In this document: positions 24,479 through 33,565 of the stretch, piece after piece | How positions within the stretch are numbered: position 1 is the stretch's first letter | Layout of the letters: every line of letters starts with the position of its first letter | From: a virus | Lineage: Duplodnaviria > Caudoviricetes | Length of the DNA: 33,565 bases | IMG/VR virus record: IMGVR_UViG_3300009678_000110 | Location: 1 to 33,565 of that record | Direction: 5' to 3' (one strand) | Notes under the pieces: generated by a model | Told to the model about the DNA's origin: nothing | What the model saw: the letters and a program-made list of their open reading frames with translations, nothing else | Databases searched by the model: none | Program-made: the position numbers and the translations under genes

Positions 24479-25462
24479 ATGGCCTTCACGACGATGGTCA
24501 ACCCGACCTTCAGCGACTACCGCACGGCGCTTCGCAACGCGCTGACCGGCGTCGGGTTCACCGAGACCGCTCTCTCGGGCTCGAACGAGTTCGGATACAC
24601 GCTGGCGGCGACGGGCCACAATTTCGCGCTCAAGATGGACGCGAACATCGTCCAGGCGCTTCCGTTCAGCGGCGCAGTGGCCGGCGGCAGCGCGTGGACC
24701 GCGCAGTCCGGCACGGTCACCAGCCCGACGACGGCGGGCAATCAGGTGCGGCAGAATCCGCTCGCCGCGAACATGACGAACTACTGGATCTTCTCGCGCA
24801 TCGTGACGGCGGGCACCGTGGTGTACGTTCATGCCGTGTGTGAGGTGACCCCGGGCATCTTCTCGCACCTCTTGCTCGGCGTGATGGACAAGTCGGGGTC
24901 GTACGCGGGCGGCGCGTACTGCCAGGCGACGTTCATCAGCGACACGACCACGGATCGCGCGCGCTCGGAGAACGCGATCCCGTTTCAGTGTGGCACCGTC
25001 TCCACCCAGCGTTCCACCTACGTGTCGATGATCGGCAGCACGCTCACCTCGAGCGATGCGGGCGCCAAGTCGAACGTCGAGAACTACCTCAAGAGCGCGA
25101 ACGGCGACATGCACGTCGGCTGGACGCCGATCTCGTTCGGCAACGGCGAGGACTCGATCACGATCGACCTGTTCACCATGGGAGTGAACACGCAGAACGG
25201 CCTCACGCCGCTGATCCCGATCTACTCGAAGATCCCGATCGGCACGTCGCACTTCAACTTCCTCGGCAGCGTCATCGACGCGCGCTGGGTGAACATCCAG
25301 TATTTCGTCGGCGGCAACACGCTGACACTCGGTAGTGACACGTGGCACCTGTTCCCGCTGTGGGTCAAGGGCGCGTCGATGTTCCTCACGCCGGGCGCGA
25401 GCTTCGGCGAAGACATCACCAGCACGGGCTGGTTCGGGCTCGCGTACAAAGAGGTTCCGTAG
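24479..25462 (+). CDS. Tail/virion structural protein (327 aa)
   Basis: EVTPG.F.HL..G..DK.G...GG.Y, PL.PI, LG...D.R.VN, G.DTW..FP, G..G.AY. Confidence 0.7.
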   Translation: MAFTTMVNPTFSDYRTALRNALTGVGFTETALSGSNEFGYTLAATGHNFALKMDANIVQALPFSGAVAGGSAWTAQSGTVTSPTTAGNQVRQNPLAANMTNYWIFSRIVTAGTVVYVHAVCEVTPGIFSHLLLGVMDKSGSYAGGAYCQATFISDTTTDRARSENAIPFQCGTVSTQRSTYVSMIGSTLTSSDAGAKSNVENYLKSANGDMHVGWTPISFGNGEDSITIDLFTMGVNTQNGLTPLIPIYSKIPIGTSHFNFLGSVIDARWVNIQYFVGGNTLTLGSDTWHLFPLWVKGASMFLTPGASFGEDITSTGWFGLAYKEVP

Positions 25463-25463
25463 C

Positions 25464-27215
25464 ATGGTGATCCAGGGCACGATCATGGCAGGGTTCGCGA
25501 CGCCCCCGGCGTTGACGGCCCTGAACATGCTGCCCGGCGCCACGACCGGATACCTCGAGCCGTCCGATCCGTTCGAGGCCGGCGCGGGCGCGGGCGCGCA
25601 GAACCCGCAGCCGCCGGTTCTCACGAGTGCGGGCGGCGTGCTGATCGACACGTTCGCCGACGACTTCTACGGCCGCGTCCACCTCGTGCGCAGCCGGATC
25701 ATCGTCGGCGGCGAGACGATCGACGATCTCATGTCCGATTGGACGCGTGTGCTCGATCTCGGGAACATCACCGAGGCGCAGACGTTCGACTTTCTGGTCA
25801 CCAACTTCGTTCGCACCGCCTCGCGCAACATCACGGCGACGGGGATCACCAACCCGGAAGGGTTGACGCTCACTCCGACGGCGTTCCCCTACGTCCTGAA
25901 TCCGTGGGACGACCAGCTATTCACGCTGACCGTCGCACTGACCGGACCGCCCGAGATCGACGCCCAGCTTTCGTGGGATCTCACGGGCGGCCAGTCCGAC
26001 CTTCTATTCGACATCCTCGGCGACCGCACGGTGATCTGGCCGTTCCGTCCGCAGAACGGGTTCGTGGAAGAGCTCCGCTACAAGACGGACGTCCTCGAGT
26101 CGCGCAGCGGCATCGAGCAGCGCGTGTCGATGTGGGTGAGCCCGCGCGTCGTGTACGGCATGGAGTTCATGGTCTCCGGGCCCGAGCGCACGTCGCTGAT
26201 CAACCGCATGTTCGGCTGGCCCGCGCTCTACGCGGTGCCGCTCTGGCACCAGGCGCAGCGCACCACGGCCGCGCTCTCCATCGGCGGCGCGTCGATCTCG
26301 GTGAACAGCGCCGCGGTCGACTTCCGCGACTTCGGCGATTCGAAGCTCGGCATCCTCTGGCGCGCGTACAACGACTTCGAGGTGATCACGATCCTCAGCC
26401 GCACCGACGCGACGCTGACCCTCGAGCGCCCGCTCGAGCAGAACCACGCGATCGGCACGTTCGTGATCCCGCTCCGCTTCGCCTACCTGGGCGACGAGCT
26501 CCAGGCCCCGCGCTACCGCGTCGGCCCGCAGCGGTTCCAGACCGAATGGCACAGCGTCGACGGCATGCCGCAGGCGCGCCTCGCGGCGGCGACCAAGCTC
26601 GAGACGACGATCTACCAGACGAAGCGCGTCTTCCTCGGCTTCAACTACGTGAACGGCACGCTGTCCGAGGAGTTCGTGCAGGGCAAGGACCGTGTCGACT
26701 CCGACGGCGGCGGCTTCATCATGTTCGGGAACCGGCTGGCGCCGGACAACCGCACGACGAAGACGTTCGTGGTCCGCACGCTCGCGGAGAAGTGGGCGCT
26801 GCTCGCGCTGCTGCACGAGTTGCAGGGCCGACGGTCGTCGTTCTACCTGCCGACCTTCGGCGCCGACCTCGAGCTCACGCTGCCCCTGTCTTCGGTGAGC
26901 TCTGGTATGCGCGCGCGGCTGACGGACTACGACCGATTCGTCGACGGGCAGAGCCCGCGTCGGGATGTGATCGTGTTCCGCAAGAGCACGTCGACCCCGA
27001 TCATCCGCCGCATCATCGCGAGCTCGGACATTGGCGGCGGCGAGGAGGACTTCACGGTCGATTCGAACTGGGGCGCCGACGTGGCGCTCTCGGACATCGA
27101 GCGCGTGTCGTTCCTGACGCTGTGCCGGTTCGACTCTGACGTGCTGACCATCGAGCACGAGCAGTCGCAGGCGGACGCCCGGCTCGAAGTGCCGATCCGC
27201 GAGGTGATCGAATGA
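25464..27215 (+). CDS. Tail tip / distal tail-like protein (583 aa; start may be 25485)
   Basis: DDFY.RVH, E.L.Y.TDV..S.SG.EQR.....PR, L.GR...FYLPT...D, IER.SFL...RFDSD. Confidence 0.75.
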   Translation: MVIQGTIMAGFATPPALTALNMLPGATTGYLEPSDPFEAGAGAGAQNPQPPVLTSAGGVLIDTFADDFYGRVHLVRSRIIVGGETIDDLMSDWTRVLDLGNITEAQTFDFLVTNFVRTASRNITATGITNPEGLTLTPTAFPYVLNPWDDQLFTLTVALTGPPEIDAQLSWDLTGGQSDLLFDILGDRTVIWPFRPQNGFVEELRYKTDVLESRSGIEQRVSMWVSPRVVYGMEFMVSGPERTSLINRMFGWPALYAVPLWHQAQRTTAALSIGGASISVNSAAVDFRDFGDSKLGILWRAYNDFEVITILSRTDATLTLERPLEQNHAIGTFVIPLRFAYLGDELQAPRYRVGPQRFQTEWHSVDGMPQARLAAATKLETTIYQTKRVFLGFNYVNGTLSEEFVQGKDRVDSDGGGFIMFGNRLAPDNRTTKTFVVRTLAEKWALLALLHELQGRRSSFYLPTFGADLELTLPLSSVSSGMRARLTDYDRFVDGQSPRRDVIVFRKSTSTPIIRRIIASSDIGGGEEDFTVDSNWGADVALSDIERVSFLTLCRFDSDVLTIEHEQSQADARLEVPIREVIE

Positions 27216-28087
27216 CCTACCTAGCGCAGGAGCAGAGCCAGCAGGCCGGCGAAGTCGTCGAGCTCTACGAATTCTCGACGGCCGCCGGGCGCACGCTGCT
27301 GACCTCCGCCGACCAGCCGGTATTCTACAACGCCGAGCGGTACGAGCCCGAGGTGATGGGCCGCTCGCAGGTGATTCAGGAAAGCCTCGAGACGAACGGG
27401 CAGACCCTCGCTCTTCGGATGCGGCGCAACCACGACCTGGTGACCCGCTACATCGTCACGGTGCCGGCGCTGCTCGACAACATCCGCATCTTTCGCGGGC
27501 ACGTCAACGACACGGGCGTCACGATCGACTCGGACGGCACGATCAACTTGCCCGCGGCGGCGGTGATCACCTACTTCCGCGGCACCGTCGCGACCGTCTC
27601 GTTCGAGGGGAGCCAGGCCGAGCTCCGCATCCGCGGGCGCAACGACGTGCTGGACCGCAGCGTCCCCAAGCGCACGTTCCGCAACCTCTGCAACCACGTG
27701 CTGTACGACGCCGGCTGCCAGGTGAACCCCGCGAGCTTTCAGTACAACGTGACCGTGACCGCGACGACGGGGCGCGTGCTCACCGTGTCGGGCATCCCGG
27801 ACATCGCGGGCCCCGTCGACGCCGCGTTCTTCGACGGCGGGATCCTGCTGCAGGCGCTCACGGGCGACGCGCGCATGATCCAGGTGCTCACGCGCACGGG
27901 CGGCGGCAACGGCACCATCCAGATCTTGATCCCCTTCGAGAACGTGGGCGTGGGCGCCGCGCTCCTGCTCCGCGCGGGCTGCGACCACTCGCTGCCGACG
28001 TGCATCGCGAAGTTCGCCAACGCGCGCCGCTACGGTGGCTTCCCCACGGTTCCGACCCGAAACCCCTTCACCCAGCGAATCGCGTAG
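27212..28087 (+). CDS. DUF2163/BR0599-family tail hub protein
   Basis: VELYEF, C.H.LYD..C, GCDH....C..KF.N...YGGFP.VP..NPF (Fe-S-type Cys set). Confidence 0.88.
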   Translation: MTYLAQEQSQQAGEVVELYEFSTAAGRTLLTSADQPVFYNAERYEPEVMGRSQVIQESLETNGQTLALRMRRNHDLVTRYIVTVPALLDNIRIFRGHVNDTGVTIDSDGTINLPAAAVITYFRGTVATVSFEGSQAELRIRGRNDVLDRSVPKRTFRNLCNHVLYDAGCQVNPASFQYNVTVTATTGRVLTVSGIPDIAGPVDAAFFDGGILLQALTGDARMIQVLTRTGGGNGTIQILIPFENVGVGAALLLRAGCDHSLPTCIAKFANARRYGGFPTVPTRNPFTQRIA

Positions 28088-28098
28088 GAGGTGCGCAC

Positions 28099-30966
28099 GT
28101 GCGCCGTCGACCCCCAGCCTATGTGACAATCGTCCTGCTCCTCCTGTCGGTCGCGCTGACCATCATCAGCGCGATCCTGCAGCCGAAGCCGGACATCGAA
28201 GACGCGCGGCCGGCGGGGCTGGGCGACTTCAACTTCCCGACGGCGACCGAGGGGCGGGCCATCCCGGTCGTGTGGGGCAGCGTGAAGATCGCCGGCCCGA
28301 ACGTCACGTGGTACGGCGACCTCCTCGTGTCGCCTATCAAGGAAAAGATCGACGGCGGTCTGTTCGGCGGCACGACTCGGTTCACGGTCGGCTACCGCTA
28401 CTACGTCGGGCTGCAGCTTGCGATCTGCCACGGCGTGGTGGACGAGCTCTACCGCATCGAAGTCAGCGAGCAGCAGGTGTTCCCGCTCGACGCGCAGGTG
28501 CCGCTCACCGCCACGACGCAGCCCGTCGTGATCAACAAGCCGAACATCTTCGGCGGGGACAGCGAGCGCGGCGGCATCGTCGGCGAATTCGAGTGGTACA
28601 CCGGCACGACCAGCATCGCGAACGGTGACATGTCGCAGTACCTCGCCGACATGATCGGCAGCGGATCGCTCGACAACATCCCGGCGTTCCTGAACACGAC
28701 CTATCTCGTGTGGCGCGGCCCCACGAGCCGGCGCATCGTCAGCCAGTTCGTCGCCCCGCCGACGCAGGCATACCCGAACGGCCAGGTGATCACCGTCTCG
28801 GAGCACAACGGCTACATCGGCACGCAGACCACGCTCGAGGCGTGGGCCTTCTACGTGCGACGGTTCCCGAACGGCCTCGGGCTGGGCGGCGGACAGCAGC
28901 GCATCGGCGACGACGCGAACCCGATGGCCGTGCTCTACGAGATCATGACCAACACGGTCTGGGGTCTCGGCATCCCGGGCGCCGACATCGACGCCGCGAA
29001 CTTTCAGGCCGCGGGCGCGACGCTCGCGACCGAGGGCAACGGCTTCAGCCTCGTGTGGACGGACCAGCGGCCCGCGCGCGAACTGATCTCCGAAATCATG
29101 CGGCAGATCCACGGCTCGCTCACCCAGACGGCGGGCGGCCTCTATCGCGTGAAGCTGATCCGCACGCCTACGGGCGGCGAGCTCAGCGCGGCGTTCGTCT
29201 TCGACCCCACGAACGTGCTCGAGCTCACCGAGTTCACGCGCGGCGCGTGGAACCAGACCTTCAACCACATCCAGATCAACTACCAGGACCGCAACGACTC
29301 GTTCAAAGAGACGAGCGCCGTCGAGCAGGATCTCGCGAACTTCACGCTGCAGGGCAACCGCGAGGCGGTCGCCGCAAGCGATTGGCCGGGCGTGAAAGTC
29401 GGCAGCGTCGCGCGACAGATCGCAAAGCGCGAGCTCCTGGTTCGTTCTTTTCCGCTCGCGAAGATCAAGCTGTCCGCCAACCGCGAGTGCGCGCACCTCC
29501 TGCCCGGCGACATCGCGAAGCTGACGTGGCCCGAGCTCGGCATCACCGACATGGTGCTGCGGATCCTCAGCCTCGATCTCGGCGAGCTCGGCGACGGGCG
29601 CGTCGACGTGACCGCGATGGAAGACGCCTTCGGGCTCGGGTACGGCGGCTTCGCCTCCCCGCCCGCGACGGGCTGGGATCCGATCGACGTCGCCGCGACC
29701 GATGCGGGCGCCATCGTCTTCCCGATGCCGGGGATTATCGCGCAGCAGCGGCTCGAGGACCAGCTCAACGACTCGCGGATCATGGCCCTCGTGCCGCGCT
29801 CGAGTGGGCCGGCGGTCGGTGTTATTCCGAACTGGAACATCGGCAACCCGGCCACGTCGTGGGGCCCGTACCACGGGACGGCGGAGCCGAGCGCGGACGC
29901 GGCGACCGGCTTCTGCCCGACGGCGCAGTTGACCGCTGCGCTGCTCGCGCGGCAGGGCGGGTCGCACGTCGTTTCGAGCATCACGGTCGACACGGCCACG
30001 GTGGACTTCGTCGAAAAGGTGCTGAAGGACTTCATCGCGGCCGACGCGGCGGGCCTTCGCACCGGGCGCAACCTGATCATGATCGGGGGCGTGGGCGGCA
30101 CGGACAACGCCGGCTACACCGACCTGGCGCGCGTCGAGTTCATGGCGTTCGAGAGCCTGACCGACAACGGCAACGGCACCTATACGCTGAACAACGTGCA
30201 TCGCGGGCTCGGCGACACCGTGCCCTGGGATCACCCCGACAACTCGCTCGTGTACTTCCTGGACGCTGACCAGGCCTATCACCTCACGGACAACGACACG
30301 CTCTACCCGGGCTGGTCGGGCAGCCATCCGGCCGGCAGCGATCTCGTGACCGACACGCGCATTCAGGTGCAGACGCCGTTCTCGCTCTCGAGCCCGTCGA
30401 CGGCCACTCAGCGGCGGGTGTTCTTCCGCGCGCAGGTGGACAACACGGTCGACCTGGCGTCGCGCATCTTCATGCCGCTGCCGCCGTTCGGTGTCGGGCT
30501 CCTCATGGACCCGTCGCCGGCCGTCGCCGCGACCGCGTACTTCTTCCCGGGCGATGCGACCCAGCCGGCTTCTCCGGCCACGGTCGCCGGCCTAACGGCG
30601 GCGCTCAACTGCCGCGTGACGTGGAAGAATCGTGGGCGGTTCTTCACCGACATCAAGCTGCCGAACGACGCCACGGACACGATGAACGCGACGAACGAGC
30701 CGGGCGAGTACCCGGTGAGCGCGCCGGCTGCGTCGACCGCGTGGGAAGTGCAGGTGACCGTGACCGGGCACCAGGGCGGCACGACCGTGATCCACAACAC
30801 GGCCGTGACGGCGAACACGGGGCTCTTCGACTTCACGCTCCCGGCGGTCAACACGCAGAACAGCGGGTTGATCTCGATCAAGCTGCGCGCGCGGCGCGTC
30901 GACGGCGCGGGCGTGGACTCGATCCTCTCGCGCACGGCGTACACGATCTGGTTCTCCCGGATCTAG
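28099..30966 (+). CDS. Tail tip / central tail protein (Phage-tail_3, TipJ/GTA-like; 955 aa)
   Basis: AGGAGGT SD before GTG 28099; F.FPTA.EGR.IPVVWG.VKI.GPNV.WYGD, DANP...LYE..TN..WG.G, L.PGD, RG..DT.P..H. Confidence 0.88.
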   Translation: MRRRPPAYVTIVLLLLSVALTIISAILQPKPDIEDARPAGLGDFNFPTATEGRAIPVVWGSVKIAGPNVTWYGDLLVSPIKEKIDGGLFGGTTRFTVGYRYYVGLQLAICHGVVDELYRIEVSEQQVFPLDAQVPLTATTQPVVINKPNIFGGDSERGGIVGEFEWYTGTTSIANGDMSQYLADMIGSGSLDNIPAFLNTTYLVWRGPTSRRIVSQFVAPPTQAYPNGQVITVSEHNGYIGTQTTLEAWAFYVRRFPNGLGLGGGQQRIGDDANPMAVLYEIMTNTVWGLGIPGADIDAANFQAAGATLATEGNGFSLVWTDQRPARELISEIMRQIHGSLTQTAGGLYRVKLIRTPTGGELSAAFVFDPTNVLELTEFTRGAWNQTFNHIQINYQDRNDSFKETSAVEQDLANFTLQGNREAVAASDWPGVKVGSVARQIAKRELLVRSFPLAKIKLSANRECAHLLPGDIAKLTWPELGITDMVLRILSLDLGELGDGRVDVTAMEDAFGLGYGGFASPPATGWDPIDVAATDAGAIVFPMPGIIAQQRLEDQLNDSRIMALVPRSSGPAVGVIPNWNIGNPATSWGPYHGTAEPSADAATGFCPTAQLTAALLARQGGSHVVSSITVDTATVDFVEKVLKDFIAADAAGLRTGRNLIMIGGVGGTDNAGYTDLARVEFMAFESLTDNGNGTYTLNNVHRGLGDTVPWDHPDNSLVYFLDADQAYHLTDNDTLYPGWSGSHPAGSDLVTDTRIQVQTPFSLSSPSTATQRRVFFRAQVDNTVDLASRIFMPLPPFGVGLLMDPSPAVAATAYFFPGDATQPASPATVAGLTAALNCRVTWKNRGRFFTDIKLPNDATDTMNATNEPGEYPVSAPAASTAWEVQVTVTGHQGGTTVIHNTAVTANTGLFDFTLPAVNTQNSGLISIKLRARRVDGAGVDSILSRTAYTIWFSRI

Positions 30967-30967
30967 C

Positions 30968-31606
30968 ATGCCGACCGTGATCGCCGTGACGGGCCCGGCC
31001 CACTCGGGCACGTCGCTAGTCGCGGGCGTGCTGCACACCATGGGCGTGTGGATGGCGGACGAGCTCCCCGTCCCCGCGCCCGGCAGCTACGTGCAGTGGG
31101 AGGACAAGGCGTTCTCCCTGCTCGCGACCGGCGCCGCGCTCCGACGGCATCCGATCGACCAGCTTCGTCTCCGCAAATGGTTCATGGCCCGCGAGCACTC
31201 CGCGCGGCAGATGGCGAAGGCCTACGACGTCGCGGGCTGGGGGGTGAAGTCGCCGTCGCTGGCGCTGCACCGGTACCAGTTCGAAGACGTCGCGGCGGCG
31301 CACGGGCACGTCGTGCAGTGGATCACATGCGGCCGTTCCCCCGACGCGATCCGCGCGGCGCGCCGCGCCTGGCTCGAGCGTTGGGCGAAGTCCTCGAGCC
31401 TGAGCGTCGGGCTCGCCGTGAAGCTCGAGGAAGATCTCGACCGGCGCATCCGCGACGCGCTGCCGATCCGCGGCGCCGTTCACATCGACTTCGACACGTG
31501 GCGCGACGACCCGGACGGGCTCGCGCTGCATCTCTGCGATTCCCTGAACCTGAACCCCAGCCGCGCCGCCGCGGGCGCTGCGGCAATCACACCACGGAGG
31601 CAATGA
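30968..31606 (+). CDS. Sulfotransferase-like P-loop protein
   Basis: VIAVTGPAHSGTSLVAGVL..MGV.M...WED...WGVKSP...R.P resembles the Sulfotransfer_3 family. Confidence 0.7.
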   Translation: MPTVIAVTGPAHSGTSLVAGVLHTMGVWMADELPVPAPGSYVQWEDKAFSLLATGAALRRHPIDQLRLRKWFMAREHSARQMAKAYDVAGWGVKSPSLALHRYQFEDVAAAHGHVVQWITCGRSPDAIRAARRAWLERWAKSSSLSVGLAVKLEEDLDRRIRDALPIRGAVHIDFDTWRDDPDGLALHLCDSLNLNPSRAAAGAAAITPRRQ

Positions 31607-32052
31607 TGGCGAGCTATAGCCGAGCCAGTGAGCACAAGCTGCGGACGGTCCACCCGCTGCTGCAGCGCACCTTTCGAAAGGTGCTCGAGTTCTTCGACCA
31701 CACGATTCTCGAGGGCCATCGCGGACAGGAGGCGCAGCACAAGGCGTTCGTGACCGGCGCGTCCAAGCTCGACTGGCCCAACGGCAACCACAACGAGTAC
31801 CCGTCCGAGGCGACCGACGCGACACCGCACCCGATCGACTTCGCAGACGGCTCGCTGATCAAGCCGGACGGCACGCTCGACCGCGTGAAGCTCCGCGCGC
31901 TCTGCCGCCTCTACTACTTCGCCGGCTGCGTCGTCGGCGTTGCGCACGCGCTCGGCGATCCGGTACGCTGGGGCGGCGACTGGGACAGCGACGAGGATTT
32001 CTCGGATCAGAAGTTCAACGATCTCGTTCATTTCGAACGAGTGAACAAGTAG
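31603..32052 (+). CDS. Endolysin, peptidase M15 family (L-Ala-D-Glu, T5-like; 149 aa)
   Basis: GGAGG SD; S...L..VHP.L, EGHR....Q, G.SK.....H.....A.D, RWGGDW, D.VHFE. Confidence 0.9.
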   Translation: MMASYSRASEHKLRTVHPLLQRTFRKVLEFFDHTILEGHRGQEAQHKAFVTGASKLDWPNGNHNEYPSEATDATPHPIDFADGSLIKPDGTLDRVKLRALCRLYYFAGCVVGVAHALGDPVRWGGDWDSDEDFSDQKFNDLVHFERVNK

Positions 32053-32063
32053 GAGACTCCCCC

Positions 32064-32492
32064 ATGGTGAAAGAGATGCTGCTCGCGCTCATGCTGTGCG
32101 GCGCCGCGCTCGGCTGCGCGTCGTTCTCCGGCGGACTCGACCCCGCGACGGCCGAGGGGCTGCTCGTGAAGGGCGGGCTGCAGGTGCTCACGCTGAAGTA
32201 CACCGAGGGCCATCCCGAGAAGGCGTCGAAGCTCGTCGAGATCATCGACGGAGTGGTCGCCAACCTCGAGAGCCCGCAGTCGCCCGCCGAGATCCGGCAA
32301 CTGATCTTCGACCAGATCCCGTGGTCGAAGCTCGACGCGGCCGAGCAGATCGGCGCCATCAACGCGCTCGACGCGCTCGTGCTCGTGCTCGAGAAGTACG
32401 TGCCGGTCTACAGCGTCAACGTGCCCGTCGAGGACATCAAGCTCGTGCTCGGCTGGGTGCGCGAGGTCGCGACGATCCAGGTCATCGAATGA
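32064..32492 (+). CDS. Lipoprotein (lysis-associated?)
   Basis: Signal peptide ending in lipobox AALGC; AGGAG SD; follows endolysin. Confidence 0.7.
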   Translation: MVKEMLLALMLCGAALGCASFSGGLDPATAEGLLVKGGLQVLTLKYTEGHPEKASKLVEIIDGVVANLESPQSPAEIRQLIFDQIPWSKLDAAEQIGAINALDALVLVLEKYVPVYSVNVPVEDIKLVLGWVREVATIQVIE

Positions 32493-32758
32493 CCGCGCTC
32501 CGCAAGTCCGTCCGCAACGGCAGCATCGGCGCCGCGCTCGGCGCCGTAGCGTACGAGGCGGCCAGCTTCTACTGCCTCGTGCAAGGCGGCCCCCTCGGCG
32601 CCGTGCTCGCGCAGCAGTGCGGGCAAGCGGCCGACGAGATCGTGACCGGCGTCGTGGCCGGTGTCGCCGGCCTGGCGGTCGGCCTTTTCACAGGCGTGCG
32701 CGAACTGCGCAAGCGCCGTGTGCCCGCTGGCGAGAGCTCAGGCCCGCCCTCTCGCTAG
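32489..32758 (+). CDS. Holin-like membrane protein (89 aa)
   Basis: ATGA overlap; two hydrophobic segments, basic tail RELRKRR. Confidence 0.55.
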   Translation: MTALRKSVRNGSIGAALGAVAYEAASFYCLVQGGPLGAVLAQQCGQAADEIVTGVVAGVAGLAVGLFTGVRELRKRRVPAGESSGPPSR

Positions 32759-32812
32759 TGTGGCGGGCGGGTCGGCGCGAGGGGGTTTGCGCCGGCCCGT
32801 CCAACTAACACG

Positions 32813-32849
32813 AAGGCCCGGCATCCCGAAAGGGGTGCCGGGCCTTTTT
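32813..32849 (+). terminator. Intrinsic terminator ending the late operon (probably bidirectional)
   Basis: AAGGCCCGGCATCCC-GAAA-GGGGTGCCGGGCCTTTTT between convergent arms; a second hairpin at ~32765-32802. Confidence 0.88.
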
Positions 32850-32891
32850 GCGTTTGACCCAGAAACCAGGTCATATGACCTGAATTCCCGA

Positions 32892-33185
32892 TCAGTTGCC
32901 GCGGGGCACAACCTCCGGGTCCGACGGCTCGAGCTCGAGGAAGAGCAGGTTGGTGTCGCGCCGGATGTCGAGGCAGAACGACAGCGTCGTCACGAGCCAG
33001 CCGACGGCGTAGCACTGCAGGAACGGCACCGTCAGGGTGAGGAACCACGCGATGCCCGCGAGGATCAGGCCCCATGCGAGGCCGAACATCGGCCCGATGA
33101 AGAGCGCGGCCACCATGTACCGCACCTGCAGGTTCACCGAGATGTTCACGCTCGGCAGTAGTCCGGTCACTTCCCTCGCCATCAT
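32892..33185 (-). CDS. Hypothetical membrane protein (97 aa)
   Basis: ATG at 33185 overlapping upstream TGA; 2-3 hydrophobic helices. Confidence 0.65.
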   Translation of the reverse strand: MMAREVTGLLPSVNISVNLQVRYMVAALFIGPMFGLAWGLILAGIAWFLTLTVPFLQCYAVGWLVTTLSFCLDIRRDTNLLFLELEPSDPEVVPRGN

Positions 33186-33508
33186 TTCACTCCGATCGCC
33201 GCAAGCTGCAGCGCGTTCTTGAAGTCCTCTACCTGGGCCTTCGCCTTGGCCGGGATCCCGCCCGCGCTCCACGGCTTCCCGTTCTCCCGGTTGACGTACG
33301 GGAGGTTGGGGTTGAAGGCGATCTCGTTGCCCGTCGGCGTCGCGATGGAGTGGACGCCGAACTGCCACACTGGCCGCCCGGCGCCGAGCGCCAGCACTTC
33401 CTGGCGCAGCGCGCGCTGCGACGCCCTCGAGCGCGGGCACTCGTCGGCGTGGACGCCGCCGGGCGCCCGGCCGCAGAGCTCGCAGTCGATCCGCGTTAGG
33501 CGCCCCAT
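33182..33508 (-). CDS. Hypothetical protein with N-terminal CxxC-H-C motif
   Basis: CELC...H...C; TAATG coupling to upstream gene. Confidence 0.65.
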   Translation of the reverse strand: MGRLTRIDCELCGRAPGGVHADECPRSRASQRALRQEVLALGAGRPVWQFGVHSIATPTGNEIAFNPNLPYVNRENGKPWSAGGIPAKAKAQVEDFKNALQLAAIGVK

Positions 33509-33565
33509 TACAGCAAGCCCTGCCGGTGACAGATCCCGACGAAGTAGTCGGCGACCGACTGCACG
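33508..33565 (-). CDS. 3' end of a gene running off the window (...VQSVADYFVGICHRQGLL)
   Basis: Open frame ending in TAA overlapping the ATG at 33508. Confidence 0.45.
   Translation of the reverse strand, partial: VQSVADYFVGICHRQGLL

Noticed and set aside
455-32626. Many long - strand ORFs (e.g. 7381-8817, 17070-18611, 21354-23108, 28030-30327)
   Set aside because: Antisense shadows expected from high GC3 bias; they lie opposite well-supported + strand genes and have no motifs
2984-32758. Genome-wide amber recoding (genetic code 15)
   Set aside because: Core genes are full length with TAG as stop, most downstream genes are out of frame and have their own SD, and no CUA tRNA is present
1-33565. 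CRISPR array, DGR (TR/VR + RT), invertible tail cassette, IS element
   Set aside because: No regularly spaced repeats, adenine-variant duplicate, RT, recombinase or transposase motifs seen by eye; short mini-arrays cannot be fully excluded without a repeat search

Overview
High-GC (roughly 68-70% by eye) tailed dsDNA phage of siphovirus type. The + strand carries the late arm. 1-8.7 kb is an accessory/'pre-terminase' region with small ORFs, two tRNAs (CAU and Asn-GUU), structured non-coding stretches, a probable small terminase and candidate virion-decoration genes. It is followed by TerL, DUF4055-type portal, scaffold, major capsid, a tandem paralogous LamG-like pair, DnaT-like adaptor, head closure, tail terminator, tail tube, tail chaperone with a probable -1 frameshift, gp10-like protein, tape measure, YuA/GTA-like tail-tip module, a sulfotransferase-like gene, M15 endolysin, lipoprotein and holin-like gene, then a strong terminator where a convergent - strand arm ends. 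No integrase, replication genes, RT or CRISPR were seen. Most notable: a PEP-CTERM-like (exosortase) sorting signal on a secreted Cys-rich protein whose RBS sits in a 40-bp palindrome; a ~300-nt structured RNA behind a sigma70 promoter; a pseudoknot-capable RNA/tRNA-Asn/TerS unit in which the tRNA 3' acceptor strand doubles as the TerS Shine-Dalgarno; and a real-looking 45-aa Arg/Pro peptide. All family assignments are from motif recognition by eye, not database searches.
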